NCBI RefSeq assembly: GCF_006345805.1
Contig: NC_043014.1
Coordinates: 28,334,001-28,398,000, forward strand
Length of the DNA stretch: 64,000 nucleotides
Reading direction: 5' to 3'
Source of the DNA: Octopus sinensis
Lineage: Eukaryota
Numbering within the stretch: the stretch's first letter is position 1; every line of letters begins with the position of its first letter. A program made the translations under genes and the position numbers. Positions 40,780-54,143 of this stretch are shown here, one piece after another. The notes beneath the pieces were generated by a model. The model was given only the letters and a program-made list of their open reading frames with translations, was not told where the DNA came from and made no database searches.

Positions 40780-41161
40780 AGGGCATCAATGGAAGGGGGA
40801 CACCACAGAAATGGTAAATGGTTTACGGCACAAAAGAAATCACTTTAAACTTACTAAAATTATATTCGGAAGGTTTTATCTCTAGTTAGAATAGAAGCAA
40901 CAGTGTTACATAAGTTTAATTTTGAGGATATGGTCAAAGACTTTGCAATTAAGAAGCTGGAGAAAACTTTTCAAATATAAATAAAGTGACAGTAAACGAA
41001 AATATACGGTTTTTTTCTGTCTTACAGTTAGTTTTGTTTCATTCTGAAAAATAAAAAATTATTTTATGGTTTATTATTGTTTACATTTCTAATTACATAT
41101 ATAGGGGGGCGCCAATTTTTTTTAAGTGTTTAGGGCCTCTATGGGTCTTAATCTGACCCTG
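40780..41161 (+). mobile_element. hAT transposon 3' end (dimerisation-domain remnant plus TIR)
   Basis: Translation SLVRIEATVLHKFNFEDMVKDFAIKKLEK*, preceded by RNHFKL (ERSFSKLK-like). The terminus CTTAATCTGACCCTG is a CAGGG..GATTAAG-type hAT TIR. Confidence 0.72.
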
Positions 41162-41731
41162 TATGGGACCAATTGTAATGCTGAAAACTAAAATGAAAAT
41201 AAATTATATTGTTCTAGTTGGGGAGGAGCTAAAACGGATATTACCAAAACCCTAAAAAAATAGCGATTATTACTAAAACTGTACAATCAACCTATTGACA
41301 ACTAATAAAAGCACTCCCTAGTGAGAGAGTGGTACAGTTTGCTGAAAAACTGAGCTCTCTCACGTCTAACTTCAGAAAAACGAAGAGCGAAAGGCGCAAC
41401 TATCTGAATGATGCTTGTAAGCTGTAGAAAAGAAAGGTCAAAGATCTTTTGGCGTGAGAAATAATTTGAGACTTGGGGTGCTCTGACTCTCTTTAGAGAG
41501 CAGTTCCCAAACCAATTAAATGCTAGTCCCTTTATTTGTTTATACACATTGCGTTTAATTTTCGGATTTTCATTTTTTTATCAGGTTTTTACCCTACTCC
41601 CGTTTGTTGTATATTTACATTCACACAAGATTTTCAGTCGTACTGTATGACATGCTCTTGGGTTATATGGTAGGCTATTATCGCCAATAAAGAAACTATT
41701 GTTGTTGTTTTTGTTGTTGTTATCATTATTA

Positions 41732-42135
41732 AGGTGGCGAGCTGGCAGAATCGTTAGCGCGCTGGATGAAATGCTTAGTGGCATTTCACTCGTTGCTACG
41801 TTCTGAGTTCAAATTCCGCCGAGGTCGACTTTACCTTTCATCCTTTCGGAGTCGATAAAATAAGTACCGGTTGAACACTGGGGTCAATGTAATAGACTCA
41901 TCCCCTCTCCCAAAATTGCTAACCCTATGGAAAAATTTGAAACCAATATTATTATCATTGTTATTATTGAAGGTGGCGAGCTGACAGAATCGTTAGCATG
42001 CAGGGCAAGATGCTTAGGGGTATTTCGTCCGTCTTTACGTTCTGAGTTCAAATTCCACCGAGGTCGACTTTACCTTTCATCCTTTCGGGTCGATAAATTA
42101 AGTACCAGGGAAACACTCCCTCAAATTGTGCCTAT
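41732..42135 (+). mobile_element. Two SINE family B copies
   Basis: Heads GGTGGCGAGCTGGCAGAATCGTTAGC at 41732 and ~41971; B box GAGTTCAAATTCC; GGTCGACTTT.CCTTTCATCCTTTCGG body. Confidence 0.87.
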
Positions 42136-42162
42136 ATTAAAAAGATTATTAATATTATTATT

Positions 42163-42650
42163 AGTGAGTGAGAGAGCAGTGCATGCTATTAAAGTGACAC
42201 TGGGGTACAGTATACGAAGCTCAGTATACTAATCATGACTACACGTCTGATAAGGGTACACTAGGCACATGCATCACAACCATATGTGCGCGACATGGTG
42301 ATCTCATATCAAGATAGGCAGTGCACAGCTTTGCAGGTGGAGCCCATTTAGAATTTTCTTCAGGTTGAGTAGACCATACCGCTCAAAGGTCCCTGAAAAA
42401 GAGTTGTTCAGGGATGATGAACGAAACACCCATGTTTCCAGAGGTGAATTATCCAAACTCCAGAGAATTCCTTTCAACACTTGGCTATGATGCTCCCCTA
42501 CTACTTCTGCTCATGATCAGAGATGCACATATCGTCAGTCATTAAGGGACATGCTCAACTGGTTATGGTCAAACAACAGACAAGCAAATCTGTAGTATTG
42601 AGCAGAATATCTGTTGTAGCCCATCTTTTATACCAAGACAAAACAATGTA
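42163..42650 (+). mobile_element. Unclassified dispersed repeat family E, longest copy, followed by (ATT/ATC)n
   Basis: Matches 6699-6992 and 33021-33120 in reverse orientation; ends in a long trinucleotide tract. Confidence 0.75.
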
Positions 42651-42686
42651 CATATTATTGTTGTTGTTATTATTATTATCGTATTA

Positions 42687-42746
<60 letters not shown>

Positions 42747-42754
42747 TTATCATA

Positions 42755-42812
<58 letters not shown>

Positions 42813-42830
42813 CTATCAATATTATTATTA

Positions 42831-42861
<31 letters not shown>

Positions 42862-42872
42862 TATCATTATTA

Positions 42873-42934
<62 letters not shown>

Positions 42935-42964
42935 ATCATTATCATTATCATTATCATTATTATC

Positions 42965-43032
<68 letters not shown>

Positions 43033-43062
43033 ATATTATTATATTATTATTATTATTATTAT
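42650..43062. repeat. (ATT)n/(ATC)n compound microsatellite
   Basis: Direct reading. Confidence 0.95.
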
Positions 43063-43899
43063 GTTCGTATCGGCAAGAAGTCCAGATCGGCATGAATTTG
43101 TTTACTTCTATATATATTGTTAAATTTTTGTTACATGCCGTCTTCTTAATCTAATCAAAATCCCACGGAGTAGGTTGATTTCCCTTTTGTTGTTGTTGTT
43201 GTTTGTTTTCTTGTTTCTTTGGAGCTCAAATTTGTTGTAAAATGTTTCAAATTTTGTTTTGAAAATCATATTTTCTTTTTTCTATAATTGGCATTGGCTT
43301 GCACAGCAAGTGAACTGAAGGCAGAGGTTGGGGGTGAATCTGTAGACAGATGCAAAACGTATCAAGGTTTCCCCACCACCACCACCATCACCACTCCGCT
43401 CAAGACAGAGGTGGACTTTCCCTCGCTGAAATTCCATTGTTCAAAAAAAAAAATTGCGCCACTGATACCGCTTTGATTGACAATTGCATTTCTAACAACT
43501 ATAACTGCAGCAACAACAACATTAAGAAAAATACTAGCAGTAGCAGCAATAGCGGCAGCAATGATAGTAATGACGGAATAGCAGCAGTGGCAGCAGCAAA
43601 AATGGTAGCAGTAGCATTAGCAGCAGTGGTAACAGCAACAACGGTAGCAGTAGCAGCAGTTGTTGCAACAGCAACAAAAGCTCCTTCAGCAACAACAACT
43701 ACAGCAGCAGAGAAACTGGCGGTGAAAGAACAACAATGGTAAAACATAAAACAACCCCAACCACAGTAGCAGCACTGAGTAAGGTCTCGGTCGCAGAAGT
43801 GGCGTCCCGCAGGGAGCTATACAGCTTCTCGTTGCAGAACAAGCAGGTCAAACTAGAAGACACTCCCGATTTATTGTCATTATTATTAATATTGCTAAG

Positions 43900-44620
43900 G
43901 TAGCTAGCTGACAGGATCGGTTGTGTGTGAAACATACTGCTTCGGATATTTCTTCCGACACTTTATGTTCTGAGTTCAAACCCACCGATGTCAATTTTGT
44001 CTTACATTTTACCGTAGCAGCATATATATTTACTCATTATTTAAACATAAGCCAAAGCGGCGAGCTGGCAGAATCGTTAGCACGCCGGGCGAAATGCTTA
44101 GTGGTTTCGTTTGCTGCTACGTTCTGAGTTCAAATTCCACCGAGGTCGACTTTGCCTTTCATCTTTTCGGGGTCGATTAAATAAGTACCAGTTACGCACT
44201 GGGGTCGATGTAATTGACTATCCTCATTCCTCCCAAAATGTTCAAGGTCTTGTGCTTAGAGTAGAAATAATTATTTAAACATAAGCCAAGGCGGTGAGCA
44301 AGCAGAATAGTTAGCTCAAATTCGGCCGAGGTCGACTTTGACTTTCATCCTTTCGTGGTCGATAAAATAAGTACCAATTGAGTACTGGGGTTGATGTAAT
44401 TGACTTACTCCTCCCCTAAAATTTCACGCCTTATGTGTATAGTAGAAAAAATTATTACTCTACTTCTTAATAGGGCAGCGAGCTGGCAGAACCGTTAGCA
44501 CTCTGGGCAACATTTCATCCCTTCAGGATCAATAAAATAAGTACCAGTTGAATACCAGAGGCGATCTAACCGACTTTGCCCCATCCCCGAAATTTCTGGC
44601 TTGGTGCCAAAATTTGAAAT
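43900..44620 (+). mobile_element. Cluster of about four SINE family B copies
   Basis: Repeated heads at ~44068, ~44289 and ~44474, plus a degenerate copy at ~43900. Confidence 0.82.
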
Positions 44621-44709
44621 CAATATTTTATTTTCTATCAGTAAGATTGAACAACTAGCTTCAGGAAGTTAGTGTAATTTTTCTTTATACATTTATTGTT
44701 ATTCATATG

Positions 44710-44828
44710 TCTTACGGTCATATCACGTTGAAAGCATAAGTTCTCGTCCGATGGCCGAAACTAAGCAACATCAAGCCTAGTTAGTAGTTAAAAGGGTAAC
44801 CACTTGGGAAACCTAGATGCTGTAAGAA
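44710..44828 (+). pseudogene. Full-length degenerate 5S rRNA pseudogene
   Basis: CTTACGGTCATATCACGTTGAAAGCA..GTTCTCGTCCGAT..CCGAA.CTAAGCAAC.TC.AGCC..GTTAGTA.TT...GGGT.ACC.C.TGGGAA.ACC...TGCTGTAAG is colinear with animal 5S rRNA over ~119 nt. Box C is mutated and there is no T4 terminator. Confidence 0.85.
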
Positions 44829-45509
44829 TTTCACCTATAGGGAGAGGCATGGTGTAGTTATAGGCGCAGATGGTGGTTGTGTGCTAAGTAGTTTGCTTCA
44901 CAACCACATAATTCCAGGTTCAGTTTCACCGCGTGACACCTTGGTCAAGTGTCTTCTACAATAACCTCGGACCGACCTTATGAGTGGATTTGGTAGACGG
45001 AAACAGTCGTATATTTGTATATATAAATACCAGATATATATATATATATATATATATAGTATATATATATATAACTAATGTAGGATAAAAAATTTGAAAT
45101 GGTTTGAAAAGTTTAAGATTAAGATTAACAAACCGTTAGTTCTACACGTGGATCTGGCATGGTCTGTATGTCTGAAATCTAAAGGCTTGTCCAACTGAAA
45201 GAAAATGGCTTCAGCGGTATTTTTTTGCTGGAAATAGTTAGAAACGCGGGTCTGAGAAATAGTTGAATGGTAAACGTTTCTGAATTTTCATTCCTCCTTC
45301 GTGAATTTATCCTTTTTTGTGGTTTTTGAGATTCTATACTGCTCTTTCTAAGCACAAACGCTTTCCTATTTGGGAAGCCTCTTACTGTATTTCTATATGA
45401 ATATATATAGTGTCTAATGCCTAATTCGTTTTTTGTGCTAGGCCACTGTATGGTAATAATAATTTATGATTACCCTATTTTAGGATGTTTATATTATAAT
45501 ATATTATAT

Positions 45510-45542
<33 letters not shown>

Positions 45543-45554
45543 ATATATATATAT

Positions 45555-45593
<39 letters not shown>

Positions 45594-45650
45594 TCGGAGC
45601 GTTCACGAAAAAAACAAGAGACGAAAACAGGTGGTGTAGAAAACATATAT

Positions 45651-45686
<36 letters not shown>

Positions 45687-45689
45687 ATA

Positions 45690-45870
45690 TAGTTGTTTCA
45701 GTCATTTGACTGCAGCCATGCTGGAGCACCGTCTTCAAAGGTTTTAGTCGAACAAATCGACCCAGGACTTATTCTTTGTAAGCCTAGTACTTATTCTAAC
45801 GATATCTTTTGTCAAACCGCAAGTTACGGGGACGTAAACACACCAACACAGACACACAAATTCACAAACA

Positions 45871-45942
<72 letters not shown>

Positions 45943-46088
45943 GGCAGGTTTATTTCAATTTCCGTCAACCAAATCCACTTACAAGACTTTGGTCGGCCCG
46001 AGGCTATAGTAGAAGACATTTGCCATGCAGTGGGACTGAACCGGGAACCATGTGTTGAGAAGTAAGCTTATTACCATACAACAACCAC

Positions 46089-46092
<4 letters not shown>
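45690..46092 (-). mobile_element. SINE family A
   Basis: Reverse complement of the consensus, with an internal (CA)n(TA)n tract. Confidence 0.83.
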
Positions 46093-46127
<35 letters not shown>

Positions 46128-46515
46128 TACAAATATACATACATACACATATACATATACATAGACGCATATACATACACTCACAATCCATCCATCCATC
46201 CATCCATCCATACTTACATACATACTTACATACATACATACATACAAACATACATACATACATACATACATACATACATACATACATACATACATACATA
46301 CGTACGTACGTGTGTGTGTGTCCCTCCACCATTTGACAACCGATGTGAATGTCATTACATACCCAAAAGCTTAACGATTCGGCAAAAGAGAACGATAGAA
46401 TAAGAACCAGACTTTTAAAAAAATAAGCACTGGGGTCGACTCATTCGACCTCAAGGCGGTGCCCCAACATGGCCGCAGTCTAATGCCTAAAACAAATAAA
46501 AGATAAAAAAAAGTG

Positions 46516-46551
<36 letters not shown>

Positions 46552-46765
46552 GTGATAGCAGTTGAGTATTAAATGACGATATGCATCATAAGGGAAATAA
46601 CTGCCCACCAACTGCTTCTCACAGCAATGTGACAATACGGAACGTATTTCTGTATAAGATTCTGGATTTTTATTTATGTTTTGTTGTTCGATCAAAAGAA
46701 TTACTGCTATGACCATCTATTCTTTTTTTTTTTTTTTTTCTTTTTCAAGCATAGAATATCTTGAA

Positions 46766-47033
46766 CAGTGATTCTCAATGTGGTGTATATGCCCCACCGG
46801 TGGGGCCTGGAAAACTTGTGGTGGGACGTGGTGCTGTAGTCACCAGGCACAGGTTTTCATTAAACTGATTCACTTATTTTTCTTAATCCATAATGTATTT
46901 TTTTTTGCTGTACTCGGTTCTTAATGAAAGATTATTAAATAATTGTGGTAAAATATTAAAAGTAAAGTTTTGTTGTTCTTTTTTCCAACAAGTTATAGTG
47001 GGCCCTGGGGGTAAAATAGGTTGGTAAACACTG
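46766..47033. mobile_element. hAT (Charlie-like) MITE
   Basis: TIRs CAGTGATTCTCAA / TTGGTAAACACTG. Flanks ATCTTGAA and ATCTAGGG resemble a decayed NTCTAGAN 8-bp TSD. Confidence 0.6.
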
Positions 47034-47324
47034 ATCTAGGGTTACATTACTGAATGTATCCTTTTTTTTTAAGATTGTAGTGTGATAGTAAAGGGATTTG
47101 ACTGCTATGTCTAGCAGGTCTAGCGACAATGCAGAGCTTTCCTTGCTGTCTCGTCTCTTTTAGCGCTATTTTGTATATTAAAAAACACTACAGGTATACA
47201 CAGTGACACGCCGAGAAGCACCAAATATGAAAGCTAGTTTGGTATCTACGGTTCGATTATCGATTGTCTCTCGTCGTCTCCATTTCATCTGAGAAAACAT
47301 TTAAGTGTGTTTTTTTTTTATGTT

Positions 47325-47901
47325 TCTACTATAGGTACAAAACCTGAAATTTTTGGGGAGTGGGGCTAGTCGATTAGATCGACCCCAATACGCAACTGGT
47401 ACTTATTTAATCGACCCCGAAAAGATGAGAGGAAAAGTTGACGTCGGCGGAATTTGAACTCAGAACGTAGCGGCAGACGAAATACCTATTTCTTTACTAC
47501 CCACAAGGGGCTAAACACAGAGAGGACAAACAAAGACAAACACACGGATTAAGTCGATCATATCGACCCCAGTGCGTAACTGGTACTTATTTAATCGACC
47601 CCGAAAGGATAAAAGGCAAAGTCGACCTCGGCGGAATTTGAACACAGAACGTAGCGGCAGACGAAATACCTATTTCTTTACTACACACAAGGGGCTAAAC
47701 ACAGAGGGGACAAACAAGGACAGACATAGGTATTAAGTCGATTACATCGACCCCAGTGCGTAACTGGTACTTAATTTATCGACCCCGAAAGGATGAAAGA
47801 CAAAGTTGACCTCGGCGGAATTTGAACTCAGAACGTAACAACAGACGAAATACCGCTAAGCATTTCGCCCGGCGCGCTAACGTTTCTACCAGCTCGCCGC
47901 C
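47325..47901 (-). mobile_element. SINE family B trimer with a 184-bp period: head-(body-tail1)2-body-tail2
   Basis: GAAATACC at ~47479, ~47663 and ~47847; only one tRNA-like head (47850-47901). Confidence 0.9.
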
Positions 47902-48242
47902 TTATCTCCGGATTAATTATACCACCCCCACTTTCTTCTTCTTCTTCTTCTTCTTCTTCTTCTTCTTTTCTTCTTCTTCTTCTTCTTCTTCTTCTTCTTT
48001 TCCTCCTCCTCCTCCTTCTCCATCTTCATCACCGCTTTCTTCTCACGGAGTTCTCTTCCTCATCTTACCAAATGTTACCCTTAACGGCGATAATTTTTCA
48101 TTTCATCACAGATGTATTTTTAATAATAAATACATTAAAGGAAAAAAAACTATTTTAGACTCATTACTTTAAGTATATTTAGGTTCCACTTCACTGTGAG
48201 GCGGGAGAGCGGATAGAAAAACAAGGAAGAGAGTTTAGTTAT

Positions 48243-48596
48243 ACCGTGGCACTCCGCCGGTTTCGAAGACGAGGGTTCTAGTTATTCCGATCAACGGAAT
48301 AGCCTGCTCGTGAAATTAACGTGCAAGTGGCTGAGCACTCCACCCTTGACGCAGTTCTCGGGGAGATTTAGCGTGGCACAGAGTGTTCAAAGGCTGACCC
48401 TTTGAAATACAGGTACAATAGAAACAGGAAGAAAGAGTGAGAGAAAGTCGTGGCGAAAGAATCTAGTAGGGCTCGCCACCACCCTCTACTGGAGACTCGT
48501 GGAGCTTTAGGTGTTTTCGCTCAATAAACACTCACAACGCCCCTTTCTGGGAATCGAAAACGCGATCCTACGACCGCGAGTCCGCTGCCCTAACCA
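48243..48596 (-). mobile_element. SINE family C (5'-trimmed, diverged)
   Basis: Colinear with 28109-28480. Confidence 0.87.
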
Positions 48597-48764
48597 GATT
48601 TAGTTATTTGTTTAATTGAATAAATTAACTGAACATCACTCACTTGATCTCTTTCTTTATACTCACTACAGATTGCTCGTTGTACCTATTTTTCGGCAAC
48701 GTTTACTGTGCCGGACTAAAGTGCAAAGAGCTCCGAAACATATCGCATATATATATGGTATTAT

Positions 48765-49035
48765 CCACTTTTCCACGTGACCGACCAAGCTATAAAATGC
48801 TGTTACACATCGTTGGTCGCAGTTCGCTTTTGCATTGTTTTAGCCTTCAAATGACGCCACCCTGCCGGCTAAGCGAGCAGGCCAACATTCCCCTTTCCCT
48901 GATTGAAGGGGAACCGGATCAATGTGAGATGACGTGTTTTGCTCCAGAACACACCGTGCCGCCCAGTCAGGGAATCGAACCTCCGATCTAGCGATCGTGA
49001 GTTCAAAAGCCTAAACACCAGGCAACGCGCCTTCA
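48765..49035 (-). mobile_element. tRNA-derived CORE-like SINE, family D
   Basis: Minus-strand head GAAGGCGCGTTGCCTGGTG..GGAGGTTCGATTCCC, then GTGTTCTGGAGCAAAACAC..CTCACATTG (CORE-like), tail GGTCACGTGG. Confidence 0.65.
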
Positions 49036-49348
49036 TATACGGTATTAGTAAAACACAAAAATCATAATGGCATTCTATGCTTTATAAAATACACACACTT
49101 TTCGGCAAATTTACAGCTATGATTACATAATTCGAGTTGGAAAATTATATAATCTTTCTAACGCTTCTTCAGTGTTCTGCAAGAAATACAATGAATAGTG
49201 TATATTTCTGTTAGGCAAACTATCGGCAACAGCATCAGAGATGTTTGCGGTTATACCTGAGAAGGAGAATAGTTGCCCCGTATAGCATTTGGGGTGGGCT
49301 GTAAGCGCAAAAACGTTTCGAGCGGAACGATACAAACTATAGTTACGT

Positions 49349-49424
<76 letters not shown>

Positions 49425-49459
49425 TGTGTGTGTGAGAGAGAGAGTAAGTGTGTATGCAC

Positions 49460-49534
<75 letters not shown>

Positions 49535-49918
49535 CAGACAGATGTAAATAAGGCCAAAGTAATTCGCATGCTGTCTTCACCACCAGTTTTGAGCCATACA
49601 TTGTCAGGAGGTGTTGAAATCGTGATGGTATTTGGCCGACAACTGATTACTATTTTCAGTTTGTCTCTGTTTGTGTTGTGTTTTAGTTTTTCTCATAAAT
49701 TTCTTTGTCACTCCTAAATAAATTTAACGTTAGAAACCCCAAATGTAATAGAAATATTTACAATGTAAACACATTCTTTCTACGCTTCTGATATAAAAAA
49801 AATTATAGGCAATCGTCCGATGTAGACTTTATTAACTGCTCCTCAGAAGATGAACCCGGTCCCCCACCCAATCAATATCATAGAATTATCAGTTACAACA
49901 TAAAGCAATAATAAAATA

Positions 49919-50285
49919 GGAGTGCAGGACAACTCAACACCGCCAACTCAACGCCAGGACAACACAACACCAAGAAAATTGATTAATAAATAATTTATTC
50001 GTTTTATAATTTTATTCGTTTTATAACATTATCAGGTATTTATGAAATATTAATTTGATACATGACATAAATTTTAAAATTCGAATAAAAGTAATTGCGA
50101 AACTATATATTTTTAATTTCTCTTCCTCTTTGGCTAAAAATTTCCATTTTGAGAGTGACGAAAATTTAAATATATATTCACGAATTCAACTTCCAAATTT
50201 TCTTACGTCACACAACACGCACACACAACACATACATACACACAATTTTATATATATATAATATATTATATAATATATATAATAT

Positions 50286-50318
<33 letters not shown>

Positions 50319-51002
50319 TATATATAACACATATATTCTTATAAAATACTTGTATTCGAATTGTAAAAGTTCTGCTTTTTTTTTATTCAAGCCATGTATT
50401 GAGATTAATCTGATAATGTAATAAAACGAATGAAGTTATAAAACGAATAAATTATTTATTCGCAGGAGTGGCTATGTGGTAAGTAGCTAGGCGCAGGAGT
50501 GGCTGTGTGGTAAGACGCTTGCTTACCAAACACATGGTTCCGAGTTCAGTCTCACTGCGTGGCACCTTGGGCAAGTGACTTCTACTATAGCCTCGGCAGA
50601 CCAAAGCCTTGTATGTGGATTTGGTAGACGAAAACTGAAAAAAGCCCATCGTATATATATAATGTGTATGTGTCTATGTGTCTGTGTTTGTCTCCCCAAC
50701 ATCACTTGACAACCGATGCTGGTGTGTTTACCTCCCTGTAACTTAGCGGTTCGGCAAAAGTGACTGGTAGAATAAGTACTAGGCTTACAAAGAATAAGTC
50801 CTGGGATCGATTTGCTCGACTAATGGCGGTAGTCCAGCATGGCCACAGTCACATGACTGAAACAAGTAAAAGAGTAAAAGAGTAAAGAGAGAGTAATCAA
50901 TTTTCCTGGTTTTGCGTTGTCTTGGTGTTGAGTTGTCCTGGCGTTGAGTCGGCGGTGTTGAGTCGGTGGTGTTGAGTTGGCGGTGGTGAGTTGTCCCTAT
51001 CC
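49919..51002. mobile_element. Non-autonomous Mutator-like DNA element with subrepeat-containing TIRs
   Basis: Left GG..GGACAACTCAACACCGCCAACTCAACGCCAGGACAAC..GAAAATTGATT mirrors right 50895-51002. Flanks ATAAAATA / GTAAAATA (7 of 8 identical). Superfamily assignment is inference. Confidence 0.7.
50461..50890 (+). mobile_element. Full-length SINE family A with a duplicated 5' head, nested in the right TIR of the DNA element
   Basis: CGCAGGAGTGGCT.TGTGGTAAG occurs twice (50461 and 50492); complete tail. Confidence 0.88.
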
Positions 51003-51612
51003 GTAAAATAACGTATCACTACAGTGGCTAATTTAACTTGGACATTTGTGAATTTGATGCTTATTTATTAAACAATATATATTTTATGCAGTACCGGATT
51101 TAACATTGTGCTAAGGTATGTTTAAGCACAGGGTGACCCATCTTACTGCCCCCAAAATTTCTTACGGTGAAATTCCTGAGCTTGTATGCTTGACTTTCCA
51201 AGTAAGGGTCCTCATAATTTAACCAGCACAGGTTCTAAATCCGGCACTGATTTTATGCCTAACGCAGCTTGCATTAAAAAGACATGAATAAATTTAAGCA
51301 TTTAAATTCTGAATAAATATTTAGAATGTAATCACTTCTTTCTATACTTTTAATATGCGTGGAAAAAAGATGTGTCATATCTACATACATATATTTATAC
51401 ACACACATATATATGTGTGTGTGTGTGCGTGTGTGTGTGTGCGTGTGTGTGTGTGTGTATTAGAAACACACACATATAACATGTATATACCTTCAAACAT
51501 CATAATTTAATTTGTGTACACATACATTTGTACGCGCATAAATACACATATACTTACATACACACATATATATACATACCTACCTACATACATACATACA
51601 TTCATACATACA

Positions 51613-51790
51613 TATTTCTTTACTACCCACAGAGGGAACAAACAAGAACAGACAAACGGATTAAGTCGATTACATCGACCCCAGTGCGTAACTGGTACTT
51701 AATTTATCGACCCCGAAAGGATGAAAGGCAAAGTTGACCTCGGCGGAATTTGAACTCAGAACGTAACGGCAGACGAAATACGGCTACACA
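51613..51790 (-). mobile_element. SINE family B body-tail1 monomer embedded in (CATA)n
   Basis: Runs from TATTTCTTTACTACCCAC (tail1 end) to GACGAAATACGGCTA; head absent. Confidence 0.85.
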
Positions 51791-52304
51791 CACACACTCA
51801 TACACACATAAATACATACATACACACACGCGTACATACATATATGCACACATATACAAGCACTCATACATACATACATACATACATACATACATACATA
51901 CATACATACATGCACACATACATACATAAATACATATATACATACACATATACATACATACGTACATACATACATACACACTCACACTCATACAAATACA
52001 TACACACTCACACATACAAATACATACATACATACATACATACATACATACATACATACATACATACATACATACATACATACACACATATATACATTTC
52101 AACGTAGTTACTTGTCAACATTGGCTGAATACAAACTTAATGAGGTGAAGATATAGTTGCGGCCACAGTAAAGTCAGTTTAGTGACAGGTAGTGCAGAGT
52201 GGTTGTTAGGCTGCAGTAAGGAAACAGAAGAGTAGTTCTAAAGTCGACACATCCTCTCTCTTCTGTCTGGGTCAACTGGACTGACCCATTTCTCGTGTAG
52301 CACC

Positions 52305-52380
<76 letters not shown>

Positions 52381-52570
52381 ATGCTTTGATCGTTTTTTGT
52401 TTGTTATTTTTGTTACTGGTGACAGTAGAAATGGTGCGTGATTGTAGTTGAAGGCAATGATGATGGCGGTGATGGGAGTGTTGGTAGGAATGCTGGAGAT
52501 AGTGGTGTTATTAGTCCACGTCAGCTCTGTCTGCGGTCAAATCTATTATCATAGGCGTCCCAGGTCTTTA

Positions 52571-52601
<31 letters not shown>

Positions 52602-52614
52602 TACATATACATAT

Positions 52615-52722
<108 letters not shown>

Positions 52723-52729
52723 ATAGATA

Positions 52730-52764
<35 letters not shown>

Positions 52765-52853
52765 CAACCATACATACATACATACATGTATGTGTATATA
52801 TATAGAGATTGATAGCTAGATAGATATAGATAATACTACACATACATATATGC

Positions 52854-52894
<41 letters not shown>

Positions 52895-52913
52895 TATATA
52901 TACACACTATCTA

Positions 52914-52944
<31 letters not shown>

Positions 52945-53046
52945 CATATATATAGATAGATAGATACATACATACATGCATACATATATGTATGTGTATA
53001 TATCGATAGATAGATTAGATACATATACACATACATATGTGTATGT

Positions 53047-53098
<52 letters not shown>

Positions 53099-54043
53099 TC
53101 TATATATATATATATTATATATATATTATATATATATATATAACACACACATAACCACATTGTCCGTGTATTCTTCATTTAAAATTGGTGGTATGTGATT
53201 AGGAGTGATTGTTAGTTATTTGCAGCCGATCGAATGACCACAAAGAAGCGTCTTCACTGACAACATTATTAGTATTGATGGCAATAGAATTGGTATTAGA
53301 ACCGGTGGTTATAGTACTTAATTTATGTTAGTAAGTGATAACAGAGTTCCTAACTGGAGTTTGTAATAATATTAGCAATGATTAATAATTATGGCATTGA
53401 TGTTATTTTTTTAACCCCAGGTCAACTCGAATTCAACAGCTCTGTGATCAAAGGCATTCTTAAACATTCTTATATATTGCAAGTCTTGAGTACTTATGAA
53501 TATTTTAGCTTAAAAACCTTAACAAAAAAATGAATGAATATATAATATAAAATATAACTGGAAGCTTTGTCTTAAACAGGAAAACTTTATAGACCCATAC
53601 GCCAAATTATATTTTATTTAATTATATCAAGTCAATTGCTTTCAAAACAACCATACTCTTTATACTATTAAAATTAACTTTTGATAAATTACATATATTG
53701 TTTACTCCTAAAAAGGCGGTTAGCCGGCAGAATCATTAGCACAACGGACAAAATGCTTAGTGAAATTTCTTCCGGCTCTTTACGTTCTGAGTTCAAATTC
53801 CGCGTTTCATCCTTTCGGGAGTCGATGAAAGAAGTACCAGTTGAGAACTGGGGTCGATGTAAGGTGACCACTGAACGATAAATTGAGACAAGACAGTCAA
53901 AAAGTTTAGCAAAGCCATGAAGAGGAAAAAAACTGCACAAAGATATGGAAACGATTCAGGTGCGCCATGACAACAAATCAGGCCACAAATGAGGCAATCA
54001 GCAAATTGGTTTGGTCATAGGATCCCCTTTGCATCGTATAACT

Positions 54044-54143
54044 NNNNNNNNNNNNNNNNNNNNNNNNNNNNNNNNNNNNNNNNNNNNNNNNNNNNNNNNN
54101 NNNNNNNNNNNNNNNNNNNNNNNNNNNNNNNNNNNNNNNNNNN
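54044..54143. other. Assembly gap (100 N)
   Basis: Run of exactly 100 N. Confidence 0.99.

Noticed and set aside
43805-43830. RSGVPQG LINE RT motif
   Set aside because: It is an isolated 7-codon match with no flanking RT motifs.
47325-47901. CRISPR-like or other prokaryotic repeat-spacer array
   Set aside because: The units are whole SINE bodies without unique spacers, no cas genes are present, and the context is eukaryotic.
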